Shown piece after piece: positions 48,700 to 61,929 of a stretch of DNA of 64,000 bases; the first letter of the stretch is position 1, and each line of letters opens with the position of its first letter. The translations under genes were made by a program, and so were the position numbers. The DNA lies in contig JBHGNT010000013.1 in NCBI GenBank assembly GCA_043228905.1, forward strand, positions 11,904,001 to 11,968,000, written 5' to 3'. This DNA is from Azolla caroliniana (taxonomy: Eukaryota; Plantae; Polypodiophyta). The notes beneath the pieces are model-generated. The model worked only from the letters and a program-made list of their open reading frames with translations. It was not told the DNA's origin and ran no database searches.

Positions 48700-50155
48700 T
48701 TCCCTCACAACCCAATGATTCCACTAACAAGTACAGAAAGAAGATGAACAAATGCAATAACTGACCGAAGCTTCTTCAGATGTCGTCGGCTTGTGTGAAT
48801 CAGTAAAGAAGCGTCTAAGAGAGTACCTCCTTGGAGACTGATAGTCTTTCGGATGGGTATGGTAAGATTGGGCTAGCCGGTTTGAATACGGTCGTACTCG
48901 GTACGTCCATAATTCAAGTGTTCGGATGGGTCGAAGTCGAATCTGTTGAACGACTCGACTGGGTCAAATCAGTTGATCTATTCGACTAGGTCAAGTTAGT
49001 TCCGTTCGACTGGGCCGAACTGGGAAATGAGGTTTCGGCTACCCGTAAAGTCGACCTCATATTCTATGTTGGACCATTAAGAAGAGTTGGCACATCTGAA
49101 AAGGCGACTCTTCTTAACTCAATCGGCCTTTCGGCCGCCTTGTGCATTTTTACTCTTAGAAGACGACATTTGAACTTCTGACAACTCGTCGTGTCTCCGG
49201 GTTCCAAAGTTGGTAGTTGAAATTGTCGTCAGGTTCATAAACTAAGTAAATACATTTTCTTGACCTTGGCTCAAGTTTTCGGCATTCATTTTTCGGCACA
49301 AGTGCAAATGAAAATCCACAGCTTTCCATAATCTGGTCTTTTGCCGATCCAGACCTCTTGCGGAATTTGAAGTCCAAGAGGCGTACTCGGAAATGTATTG
49401 ATAATGTGCATTGCAGTGAGTAGTGCCTCGGCCCAGAAACAATTGGAAAGTCTGACATGATGCAACATGGAGAAAATTCGCTCCTTAATTGTCCAATTCA
49501 TTCTTTTTGCAATTTCATTTTGCTCTGGACTATATGGAGTTGTGTATTCTCGTCTAATGCCACGTTCTCAACAAAATCTGACAAATTCGTTTGATTTATA
49601 CTCCCTGCCATTGTGCGACTATAAGCATTTCAGCTTTTGGCCAGTTTGATTCTCAACCATCACGAGCCACTCTGAGAAGATCATGAACACACAATCTTTT
49701 GTTCTAGCTGGATAGGGCCACATCTTGCTAGTCATGTCATCAATGAATGTAACGAAATAAGACGCGTCGCCAAGAGACTAATGTGGCATAGGGCCACAAA
49801 TGTTTGAATGGACTAATTCGAGTGGCGCTTTGACTCTCTCGGCTCTTTGGTTGGATGTGAGGCGACAACTTGCTTGCCATACTGGAAGTGCTCCCAAAAT
49901 TGATAGTCGGAGAAGGAGAGCTTAGGGATGTAGCCTTGCTCAGGTGGCCAAGTCATCCATGCGAAAGGGACGACATCAGGATATTGACCAGAAATAAGTC
50001 ACCCTCTCTGAGTGTGACATACAATGGGTACAATGAATGCACCTTCAACCCCCAAGCAAGCAAGAGGTTGCCTCTTTGGAGCGTTCACCATCCTGACGAG
50101 AAGTCAACACAAATGTAGTCATCATCAAGTTGTCCCACTGAAATTAGCGGCCTCG
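48700..50155 (-). mobile_element. Degenerate copia integrase region
   Basis: FWAEALLTA, RKLEPRSRKCIY, RVVRSSNVVF. Confidence 0.7.
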
Positions 50156-50389
50156 TGAGCTCTAGGACGTCTCGAACCTTGTGTAGTACTAAAGTAGAAC
50201 CACTCGGAAAACTCCACGTGGTTTTTCCCATTCGGGTTTTCCACACTAAAATCTTGTGTCATTGTATCGTTTCGTTACTATTTCTTCGTTTTCTGTCTGA
50301 GCGTTGTCTTACTCATTTCTCTGCACCCAAATACGTACACGAGAAAGCGGTTGGGGCCGGTTATGATCCTAACAGTAGCCTCTTTCTTT

Positions 50390-50533
50390 GATCCAGTAGT
50401 TCCGTTTGTATAAACAACCTCATCCTTGAAAAGCTCTAACTAGATTCCTCTTTAGAGTTGAAAGATCCAGTAGTTCCGTTTGTATAAACAACCTCATCCT
50501 TGAAAAGCTCTAACTAGATTCCTCTTTAGAGTT
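50390..50533. repeat. Tandem duplication, 74-bp period
   Basis: GATCCAGTAGTTCCG...TTTAGAGTT at 50390 and 50464. Confidence 0.85.
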
Positions 50534-50869
50534 TACTCCAATAAATTGCTTTGGTTTTTGTGGGTAGCCTCCTTCTCTAACCCATTAGTTTTGTTGGGAT
50601 AGATAGCCTCATGATTTCTTTAAGTGCTCTATCTCTAACTAGATTCCCCCATCAAGTAAATATCCTCTTACTTGCAACGTCACCCTATAGGAGTATATGC
50701 CCTAATCAATTAGTTTTGTTTGAATAGATATCCTCGTGTCCTCTTCCATGAGTAGATGCTTTAATCCATTACTTTTTTTTGGATAGATAGCCTCATATGG
50801 TTAGCTTTGACTAGATTCCCCCACTAAGTAAGCATCTTACATGAGTAGATACAGATCACACTCTTGGCA

Positions 50870-52985
50870 TGTTAGAAATTTCAACACATGACCTCTTTGA
50901 TGACAATACGTAACCATATTAGGATACATCATCTTATACATAATATTCGTGTAACATTTATATATTACGTAGAATATATAGGTAATGCTATGAAATGTCA
51001 TCACCTTGCACATGTTAATGCATGATCACCAAGTGGTATGCTTGCATGAATGTGAAGTGGCAATCATTCATGCATACAAGATGGTGAACATGCATGTGTC
51101 TAAACTATGTTATATTAGCATGTGTTTGAGTATTGATGAACCATTCTACTTAAACGTTAGTCTTACATATTCTTGTGCATCTTGTTAATACATTGTCAAT
51201 GTCTTGCTATTTTGCTCTCATTTCTCTCTTCCATTCTCTGATTTAATTAGATATTGTTCTTAGCCACAACCTTGACAATTTGACCTAAGATAAACCCTTC
51301 CTCTTCATTGTTTTCCTTAATAACTTCTCACGCTATCTTCTCATAACCATGGCAGTAGTAAGTGACCAATAATATATATGCATACGGAGGCTCTAGAACA
51401 CTTAACAACCAAGTTCACATCCTTGGAGCAATAGAATCAAAGGCCTCTACAAAACTTACAATAAGTGAATGCTGAGAAAGCTAAATAACATGAGGTATTA
51501 ACTTAGAGGGTTCATCAACTTAAAGTGTCATTAATATATTTGCGAAAACAATGTTTGGGAGCACCAATTCACCAACAAAGAGCTCAAGATAAGTCTCCTA
51601 GTAAAGTTTGATGGTGCTTGGTCACACTTTCATTAGGATTCCTAAACTAGGAGCACCTAGTATTACAAAGGCATCCCACTCAATATCCAACTAATTCAAC
51701 ATGACTAAGGTTGGCGAGGACTCTATTGACAAGTACAACGGTAACTGTGTTGGCGTCATTACTCAAGAAAAGGTTCACTATTAGATTATTTTGATGAGGT
51801 TATTAAGGAATTTAAAGCTTGTTTTGGTGATACAAATAGTAAGAGACTAAGTATCAGTAAGATTCAAAGTTTAGGACAAGGAGACCACCTCTAATTGAGC
51901 AACATTCCATCCTAGATCGAAGCAAACATATACATAGGTGACAAAGTTACCATCATCTTGTCCTCATTGTCCTAAACGTCAAGTTAACTAGCAAGTGTGA
52001 GTACTTATAAATCTAATCTTGATTCTCCAATTACATCTAGCAATCAAAGCAACCTGAGCACATCATCAAATTGGTTTGAAGTTCTTATTCAACTTGATGA
52101 GCTGTTAAACAAGTAAATCCAGCCAAAATAGGCGCCATTTAGTTGGATAACCTAGAATTTATAGAGTTAGTCCATAATAACGGTTCCGTTTTGTCGTATT
52201 GAGTTAGTAGAGGATTTCAGGCACAAGTTGAATTGTACCTCTAGATATAATTGAGTCCTTGACTCTCCTCTCTTAGTTCACAACCCAATCCTTGCTTCAT
52301 GGGTCGAAACTTTGCCATGGCACGTAAAATATTATTGAAAACACTGTCGTCCAACATCTCGCACAATCATAGATGTCGACATGTTACCTTTGGCAACATA
52401 ATTGAATAGTTTGAGATAATTTGTGAAATTCTTGGTGATCTAGCTTGTGTGATTTCATTCAATCTCATTCATACTCCCGAATATTTGAATGTCCTGGAAC
52501 TACCTTCCTTTGATCTTTAGAATCTAGGGATTGATTGCAAAAATGAGATATTTTAGAATCCCACAAAAACCATATATCGAACTTGCATATATCATCGAAC
52601 TCAAGTCTAGTGTGTCATTAGATCTTAGCAATCTCTCTCCAAGGGATATGGAAAGAAGGAAGAAAAGAAGAAATGTTTAATTTGTTGTAATAATAATGCC
52701 AACCTCGAGTTTAGAAAAGCTAGATATCTTAGCTTCAACCAAGTATCAAGAATTCAAAGATTTATTCCATAAGGTTAAGGCTAGTAGGCTCCCAAACCAT
52801 CAAACTTACCATTTTCCTATCAATCTTCAACCAGGAAAAGATCTGTTGTGGGGACAAATCTATAATTTAGCACCAATAGAGCTCTAAGGTTCTTAGAGAC
52901 AATATTGATAATAAATTAACAACTGGATTCATTCAACATTCCAAATATCTTGTGCCAAATTTTTCTGTTAAGAAGAAAGTATGCC
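50870..52985 (+). mobile_element. Highly degenerate Tcn1-like gypsy (probable LTR ~50870-51277, gag, PR, RT start)
   Basis: EFKACFGDT, TAAATCCAGCCAAAATAGG junction and FHKVKASRLPNH..FPINLQPGK match copy 1. Confidence 0.7.
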
Positions 52986-53479
52986 TTGGCTTTAATCTCT
53001 AACCAAATCAATGGAGCTACATTTCTTCTCGATCTCCGCCCTCATATTCACCTTTATCCAGTGTGTAAAAAATCAAAATGTGTGGTTGATTTGTGAGTTT
53101 GCACACTTATTGATTGAATATGTGAGCCTAAATATCATCATAGTGGAACCTATTGAATACGGTAATATAATGGACGTATTCACATTACCCCATTGGACAC
53201 ACCAGATTAGGTTGTTTATGTAAATAACATAAAGGGCAGTTGCCCTAGTTTTGGTTAGTATATAACCAGCATGTAACCTAGTTTCTATGGATGATGCCAC
53301 CGTTCTTGTTGTAATAGATTTTGAATAATACAGTGTATTATTGTGCGCTGCTTAGTTTTCCCTCTCTCGCACTCCTTTGTTCAAGTTAATCTTGCAGTTT
53401 GTCTTTGTTTTCTTTTTGTTCGTTTGTTCCATATCCATCAATTCGGCTCGATCATATTTTGAGTAAACCAGTTGGTTGT

Positions 53480-54640
53480 ACCCTTTCTCTTGATGGTAGT
53501 CACCTCAATAAAGACTTTCGACCAATCGACTCTTGTCAAAGAAATGGCTTCCACATCCGACTCGTCAAACATGAGTCTCCGAAAGTTCAATGACACGAAC
53601 TTCAATTTTTGGAAAGAGCAAATGCAGGATTGCCTGATTGTGAAGTGTCAAATCGACGCTATTGAGAATGAAATTGCAGACTAGATGAATACAAGCCAAA
53701 CGAGTGGATGAAGCTCGATTGTATAGCTCGTGCCACAATTCAGATGCATTTGTCCAAATCAGTCTATTATACTGTTCAATCTTGTTCGATAGCCTATGAG
53801 CTATGGAAGATGTTGTCAGACACATATGAAAAAAAGGTGGTTGCCATAAAGATAAATATCTTATTCGATGCCTCTACAATCTTTAGATGAAAGAATCCGA
53901 TTCGCTCCATGCACACCTTAATGAATACGAGAGCATCAATTCCCAATTTTTGGCTTAGGGGATGACGATTGATGATGAGATGAAAGCTCTCTTGTTAATG
54001 AGCAATCTTCCCCCTTCATGGGAAACATTCGTCACGACTGTGAGTAACACATCGGCTACGACTGTCAAGTACTCCAAGATTACGAACTCCATCTTGTCAG
54101 AAGGCGCTCCGAGGAAATCATTCATACATGACTCAACTAGTGATGCCTACATAGTACAAAGTTCGGCTGACCGATCGAACAATTGAGGAAGAAGTTCTTC
54201 CCGAATGTTGACTAGCTCTAGAGGTCGAAGTAAGTCTAGAGATACTCGAACTTGCAATTACTACAAGAATCCTGGACACATAGAAGCCAAATGTCGTGTT
54301 CTCAAGGCCAAGAACAAAAAAAGTTCAGAAAGCTGAGCACAAAGTCAGTTGAACAAAGGAAGTAAATTTTGTTGATGCAACCTCCTTTGTTGGCCCTTCG
54401 ATCAAAGCTCTTTCAACTGACCTGAATATATTGATGATAGAAAATATGGTCGAGTCGGACGTTCTGTACTTGACCGAAGAAGCCACAAGTTGGCTTCTCA
54501 ATTCGGGCCCCTCTTTTCATGTGACCTCTCATCAATAACAATTTCGGCAATATTAAGCTCAGAATGTCGACTCAGTCCGAGTGAGCAATTCACAACATTG
54601 TGCCATAGTCGGCATCGACACGGTAGAACTTAATATACAT
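53480..54640 (+). mobile_element. Degenerate copia gag-protease
   Basis: KFNDTNFNFWKEQMQD, ALLLMSNLPPSWETFV, WLLNSGPSFHV. Confidence 0.7.
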
Positions 54641-54682
54641 TTGAGTCTTTTATCTTCTATCTATCTTGTGTCCCTTCTCGCG

Positions 54683-54713
<31 letters not shown>

Positions 54714-54928
54714 CACACATCTAATCTATTCCACCAAACATAATTATTTACATGGTATCAAAACACATTGGTAGTTCGATCTAGCTCATCCACATGTGAA
54801 ATCCCCATCGGTTCCATAACCGAGAAATGTGCATTTTGTTTCATGGGGTGCCCACTTGGTCCTTTTCTCCTGGGGATAAATGTGTAAGCTTCGCATCCGA
54901 AAATTCAAAGCCTTTCGTAGGTCGGTTG

Positions 54929-55250
54929 TGTGGGAAACAGGTCCCTCCAGATGGGAAGAGGAGAATCGAGTTGATGAGTAACTCAACTGAGGCCAAAACC
55001 GAAATTGAGGATATAGCCAACTCGGGACACTATATTTGTAAATAGTCGAAATGTGCCCCATGTGGGCTATGTATGTAAATAGCCATAAAGTTGTATAAGT
55101 ATAAATACAACTAGGGCAAACTTTAGTAAGGTGTAGTTGTATCATTGGGTTGTGAGTTACAAGAAGGTCGTTGCCTTTATAAGTGTGAGAGTGAGAGTGT
55201 GTGAGAGTTAGAGAATGTGTACATATGGGTTAGAAAGCTCGTGAAGTCAG
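54929..55250 (+). mobile_element. Copia LTR fragment of the GGAAACAGGTCCCTCC family
   Basis: Start matches the LTRs at 19691 and 37232. Confidence 0.6.
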
Positions 55251-56006
55251 CTATCTTTAGAACTTTAGATCTCTAAATTTAGAGCTCTGGTGATGGAGAT
55301 ATGATTATTTGAAGTTTGTTGTGTCATAGCTAAAACTAGGAGATGAAAAAGTTCTAAAAAAAGTGTTAAAAAGAAAGCAAGGGAAGTTATCTTGGAAGTG
55401 ATACCTTTATAATAAGGGGAGGAGAGTACAGTTGTGGTAATAGTGCTGAGTCTATTTCTTGTGGTGTTTCCTTTCCTGTTCATGTAGTGTGGTTGAGTTG
55501 TTATCAATATATCTTTGTAGATATGGATGTATGTATCTTCTTTCTCTCTTCCTTCCATCATGATCATTCATTATCAATAGATCTTTGTTGTTTTCGATCT
55601 ATATCTCTTCTTTCTATCATCTCTCTTTCACATTGTTAATGGCCCTAACCATTAGGCCATTACTACTTAAGAGAGATATTGTATGATTATCCTTGGAAGT
55701 CAAATATGGCCTATGAAATCAAAAGTGAATCATTTTATCATATCATGTATGGAATTAATTAGTGACTCTCGATGTAAAATACGAGCCAAGTCAAATTGAA
55801 GCAACGATGTGTAAAGTGTTACCATTGCATATGTCCTCCAATTCATAGTAAGCCTTCTGACTTGCTTCTAGGTATGTTGTGTGATCACTAAGATATGTAT
55901 GAACTAAAAAGAGTGATGGTGTACTAGAGCAAGTCCCTTATATTAGTAATGTTGTAGAATATTGCATGCAAAAACATGTTTAGTACCATTCATGTTGCGT
56001 GGAAAG

Positions 56007-56037
<31 letters not shown>

Positions 56038-57373
56038 TTATATTATCGTCGTTGGAGGTCAAATATGACCTATTCATGTTGTGTGGAAAGAGAGAGAGAG
56101 AGAGAGAGACGGTGCAAGTGCAAACGGAAGGAGTGCCACATGATGGACCTTGCTTGGGGTCAATTTGTTTAGTCATAGGGTGAATGATCACTAGATCATA
56201 AGCATTGACTTACAAGTGCACTTGATCAATGGTCTAGTATTTTCAATTACCATGAGAGAAATGTCATGGCTAGCTCTGGTTGGAGGACGAATGTGAAATT
56301 TTTTTCCAGCTTGGATGCTCTTTTTAAAGCCGTATAAGCCATTTTTCTTATTATTGTCACCATCAACAAACTCTCTCGTTTGTAGTCCACTATGCTAAAA
56401 AGAGACATTCTAATCAAATTTTTTATATTAGCCTTAATTTCATCTCTTTTATAGAGTAGGCTTCAATTTTACAAAGTTTAGTATTAGTTTCATCTCTTGC
56501 ATGATATAGGCTTCAATTGCTCATACTATAATGAGATGTAAATTTCAGTCTTAATTTCAAGTATTGCATAACAAACGCCTCAAATTTACCGTAATTTCAT
56601 TAAAATCAAATAGGGTACAAAAATTCGTTAGATTTATTTGACTTAAAAAATGGTTTCATTTAGATTTGTGTTAAAATGGTTTGCTTTGGTTTCACTTTAT
56701 ATGTTAACAATTTGGTTTAAATGTCTCGGTCTAAATGGTTCGGTCATTTTTTAACAATTTGGTTTGGATTTTGTTATGTAATTAACATTTTGGTTTGATT
56801 TCAAGGCCAAGAAACCAAACCGAACCAGGCATATATATACCTAGTGTGAACATAAACCAAATTATAAGATCTCTCTATTTTCCTCTCTAATTTGGTTTGG
56901 TGGTGTATACTAAATGGAAAATGAGATCGGGATTGTGGAAGATCAATGATGATTCATTATATACTTGTGTGTGTGTGTGTGTGTGTGTGCACGCGCTCAT
57001 AGATTGGTATTCATGGGATTGCTTCCATAGCACCAATACTACACGAGAATCTCATAGATTGGTATTCATGGGATTGCTTCCATGGCACCAATACTACACG
57101 AGAATCTCGACCAAGACATTGACATCCATTGCATACATGTTGTAGGTTCCAAAAGGATTGAGGTTAGTTGTTGTGACGGAAGAGCATCAACGTATATTGG
57201 ATGGATCATCTCAAATGATTGAGGTTAGTTGTCGTGATGGAAGAGCATCAACGTACATTGGATGGATCGTCTCATTTGATCGTAAGTAGGGGCAAGCACT
57301 CTAGAAATGTGAGATATCATTAACAAAATTATAGTTTTTACTAGAGAGAGAGAGACGAGAGGGTTGGGCGTAC

Positions 57374-58877
57374 CATGGCGTAGTAGGGCGGCCAGGCTGC
57401 CCTCAGGTAGGAAATCGATGATGACCAGGTTATCGTGATGGCCGGCAACGTAAGCTCGGATGGGCAACAAATGAGGGTGTAAAGGCACGGAACCGAGCTC
57501 CTCGACCTTGCGGATGAACTCCTCGGGATCGAGCATGGTCTTTCTCAACCTTTTAACGACCACGATGACTGGGCCCTCCTCGGGGTGGGGGTTGTTGTTG
57601 TCGATGAAAGCCTTGTAGGCCATGCCGAAGCTTCCTTTCCCCAGAACCTCGGCCGAAGCATCTAAAAGCTGGTGGAGGCTGAACGTGGAGGCCGAACCCG
57701 GGGGCCCGAGAAACACAACGTCCGATTTCCGTGCCTCCTCCTCGGACACGGACACCGCGTTGTTCGTGGTGCCGCCGCCATCGCCATCAGTATCCGGTAT
57801 CGGTGTCGGTATCGGAGTCGGTGTCTGTGCCTTGCCCTGTTCCTCCTCCACCACCACCATCTCTGCTTCCTGCGTGTTGGCTGCCGATGGAGCTTTCCTT
57901 CGGCATAGGAGCAAACTGAATATGAGCAGCAGAACCAACACCCCTGCTATCAGTATCCCTGCGATCACTCCCTTGTCCAGCTTCAATTTGTCGTCCACAC
58001 TTCGGGAAGGAGATGCTGAAGGTGATGGCGATGGCGATGGCGATGGCGATGGCGATGGGGATGGATCGCCTGGACATAGCACAGCCAATGGCGCCCCGCA
58101 CAAGTTAGGGTTTCCAGAAAAGTAGGATGGAGACTGATTCGATAAAGATGCCGGTATCCGGCCCTCGAGCCCCGGATTGTTGGCTACGTTGAAGATCTGC
58201 GGCACGGATTCTTCTGCGGTGAAATTCGGGATCCGCCCCGACAGGGAGTTGTTCTGCAAGGCGATGGTCCTGATGGAGCGGAGGCCAGTGATGGAGGCCG
58301 GGATGGATCCATGAAGATCGTTGAAGGATAGGTTTAGCAATTGCAGCTGAGGCCAGGCCGAGAAATCGAAGGAGAGGGGGCCGGAGAATCGGTTTTGAGC
58401 CAATGCAAGGGTGAGAAGGCTCTTGCAATTGGCTAGGTCGGGCGGGATTGGGCCCTTCAATCGGTTCCGGGTGAGGCTGAGTACCTGTAATGCGTCGAGG
58501 TTTCCAATGGTGGATGGATGGATGGTTCCGGTGAGTGCCTTCCCCGGGAGCCTCAAATTCACCACTCGGGGAGGCACACCATTGCAGGCCACACCCTCCC
58601 ACGAGCTGCACACGGTGGCGGAATCGTTCCAAGTCGATCGCAGCCAGTAGTTGATTTGTGTGAGATTCCCCTTGAATGCAAGGAGCGCCGACACATCGGT
58701 CGAGAGGTCGTTGGCCGAGGTGCGAACGGGCAGGTCATGAGCACAAATCAAGAAACAGGAGGTCCAAATGATGCACACAAGGGGAACTTGATTGAATGTA
58801 CTGACAAGTCTGGAAGAATGGCCTCCACCACCAGGTTTTGAGGGTCTGGAGGCCATGGGATGTTTGTTATAATCCAT
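57374..58877 (-). CDS. LRR receptor-like kinase (LRR-III type, RKL1/RLK902-like), exon 1: signal region, LRRNT, LRRs, (SP)n stalk, TM, kinase N-lobe
   Basis: ALLAFK..W...CSSWEGVAC; LxLxxNxLxGxIP repeats; GNPNLCGAPL; TM helix; FSLHQLLDASAEVLGKGSFG; phase-1 donor CATG|GTACGC. Confidence 0.92.
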
Positions 58878-59870
58878 GCTCCTTAGTATTCCAATACATA
58901 ATAGCTAATGTACATAGCAAAAAATGGGAACAGAGAAAAAGAACAATGAAAATCAATGTCAAAGGGGGGTGGTGAGTGGTTTGACCTTCCATTGGGATTA
59001 TACTTAAATATTACAGGCCAATTCATGCTGGTTTCTTTATTCTCTTCTAATGGGTTGGCAATCTACTACATACATGAGACACGATGAAATTGATTTGTTA
59101 ATCTATTAGCACGAATCATTCTCGTACATTGTCGGCCATTTCGTTAAGTTGGGCCAAAAATAGTCAGACTGTAATGAAGTAAATCTAGGCCTCCAAAATG
59201 CAGCAAGATAAGAAATATACCAAGTGTGCCGTTTTGTGTCGGTCAGTATAGATTCCTGAGGATAAAATGATGCTTTTTATCTGGTCACCTGATTTCATTA
59301 TAACTGCCTGATGAACTACTTCCCTACCACATGAATCATATTCCTCTCCAAATGGTGGAAGAATTAGGGCAGGATGAATATTCAAAACCTGCTCATGGAT
59401 AGGTTTGTCCCATTTCCTTAGGGCAACTTGCCTGTGAATCGACCGGACAATGAAATAAAATAAAATCGTGTATTTCCTGTGAATCGATCCAACCAAAGGA
59501 TTGTCACTAATCGTTGTTTCATCCCACATACAAACTCAAAATGCATATTTGTCACCTTTGGATAGCAATGCATTCTAAAATCATGTGTTTGATTGCGGTT
59601 CATTTGGTCTTTTGATGCCTGTGTAATAATAATGCCAAGGATTCTGTACAGACATTGTGAATATCTCCAAAATATGTTCTTTAAAGGCTGTAAAAAGCTG
59701 ATTATCATCTTGTATAAATTTTTGGCAGGTATGCTAATGGCCTAAAGGCCAGTCAAAACTTGTTATTTGCATTTTCAGAATAAATGAAAAAAAAGCAGAT
59801 ATGCTAGCTATTATAATCTACTAGATCAATATGATTGATCGTGTAGTTTTGATTGCATTGAGGCTTCCAA

Positions 59871-61361
59871 TGTTGAGATTCACAAGGTTACAAACGATTG
59901 CTCAACAACACAAGATGATGTTACATGTACATGTACATAGTGTGAAAAGGCCAAAATGGTTTGTGCTCTTTTTTTCTTTTAGATTATTATTTTGTAGCTA
60001 TTTGGAGGAAAAACTTCTCTGCTGAAAAGATATAGAGCAGAACTATTGGCATCCTCATTTATGTGTGTTTTGCTCTCAGAGTTTCTCATCTTCATTTGTT
60101 GTCTCCACATTCAGACCCTTGAGAAGAACTGTGGTTCTCTGCTCCACCGACTTACAACTGTGGTATCAGAGCGTTGGGAGACCGCAATAGGGAGCCTGGG
60201 AGATTGTAGCAGCGAGTGTTGTAGAATGGAGCCGCTTGGTTGAAGCATTGATCTGTTGTTGGGCATCTTCCTCATTTCTTTTTCTTTCAACAAGAAGAAA
60301 ACAACCTGCTATCCACAGCTATTCCTTTGATTCAAACTCTCACATTTGTTCAACATATTTTTCAGTGGAAATAAGTTGTGGTGGAAGCCCTCACTACATT
60401 TGGCAGAGAGTTGGAATTAGTGTGGAGGCATAGCAGATGCCTACAGCTTTTCATTTTAGAAATATATGCTAACGGTAGTTCATGTTTGGAAGGTGTATGC
60501 ATAGTGGTGCGTGTTATATGCACTCATTAGTATTACTTTGAGATTTTTGGGCAATAAGTTGGTCAGTTGATGCTTTTATTATTCCGTTGAGAAGTTCTTG
60601 AGTTCTTGTATTCAGTTGTTTGATACTATTGTTCACTCCCATGGAATCAGAAACGTTGGATGTATCTACCAGCACTTCTATTGGTTATAATAATTCATGC
60701 AAGAACTATTCATTTCTTGGAAAAGATCATGTTGAGATCTGCAATTTTGATGGATCTAATTTTGCTTTGTGGAAGAATCAGATGCATGATGTACTGGTTC
60801 AAAAAAGGGAAACGATGCCACTAGGCGGTAAAGCAAAGAAACTTGATGACATGGATGATGATGATTGGGAGGAAGTTGATTATCCAACCATGTCTACTAT
60901 AAGACGGCACTTGGTAGATAGTGTTTATTTCACTATTTTAGACAGTAAAAATTACAAAGAACTTTGAAAAAAGTTATGCAATACATATGAGAAGGAAACT
61001 GCAACAAACAAAGTGTTTTTTATGAGAAAGCTCTATGGCCTTCACATGAAGGACACTGAGAGTGTCGCTTCTCATCTAAACAAGTTTGATGCATTATGGT
61101 CTCAGTTGCAAGCTCAAAAGATGACCATAGATGATAAGCTGAAATTTGTTTTTCTTTTATACACGTTGCTTGCCTCATGGGACACTTTCTGTACTACCAT
61201 CAGTAATAGTGCACCAAAAGGAAAATTGGTGCATACTGATATTTGTGGAGCCTTGCTAAGTGGGAAAATTCGTAGGAAATCTATGGTTACCTCACAAGTT
61301 GGAGAGGCATATATTGTACGAGATTTTGGTTATGGCAAGAACCAACAACGTGGTAGGAACT
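59871..61361 (+). mobile_element. Copia 5' part: probable LTR ~59871-60156, Met PBS 60161-60172, degenerate gag
   Basis: TGGTATCAGAGC; FDGSNFALWKNQMHDVLVQK; FLLYTLLASWDTF. LTR start is approximate. Confidence 0.7.
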
Positions 61362-61850
61362 TGTTTAGCGGACAAGCTCAACATGATCCGGATCGGTTGA
61401 ATAAGCCAGAGCCGGATCGGCATCCGGAACCAAGAGTTGGATCAGGGAGCCGGATGGTAATCCGGATCGGTGTAACCGGTAGGTTGTTAGAGGCCTACGA
61501 TCCTAGCCTAGTACATAAGCATATTTTTAGGAGTTGGCGTTAGTTGCTCGGTATGAGCATTGAAGTACATGTAAGTCCTTTAAGGACTTGTATAAAAGTG
61601 CTCTAAAGCACATTTGTATGTATAGAGGTTTTACAGAGTTTTTGAAATAGAGTTTACTATTCTGCTCTCTGTCTCTCCCACGTATCGTGTATTCACAAGC
61701 TTCCATTAAACCTTCGTTTTTGTCTTTCTATTGCTATCCGACTGAACCAGTTGTGTCTACACTTTCGCACATAACTTTTACATGGTATCAGAATGAGAGG
61801 GTTGAGAATCCTCTGTTGCCGACAAGCGATGCATCAAACGCGAGACACTA
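61362..61850 (+). mobile_element. Copia 5' LTR (61362-61782) plus PBS, related to elements G and I
   Basis: GACAAGCTCAACAT start like the 21801 LTR; TGGTATCAGAATGAGAGGGTTGA matches the element G leader. Confidence 0.75.
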
Positions 61851-61929
61851 TCGATATTATAAATGTGAATGTTCAGATCAAGTACACAATAAAATAACTT
61901 AGAAGAACAAGACAACTCGGATATTGATG

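Larger units (their letters stand above)
47143..57373 (-). other. ~10.2 kb TE-filled intron of the LRR-RLK
   Basis: GT...AG ends with matching phase; position after the LxxLLH-type motif is the usual intron site in this subfamily. Confidence 0.8.

Noticed and set aside
57225-57373. C-terminal extension of the 550-aa ORF
   Set aside because: Read-through into the intron past the GT donor; the kinase continues in exon 2.
59185-59708. Minus-strand ORFs upstream of the RLK as a gene or extra exons
   Set aside because: No recognisable domain and no consistent exon chain; a homology search would be needed.
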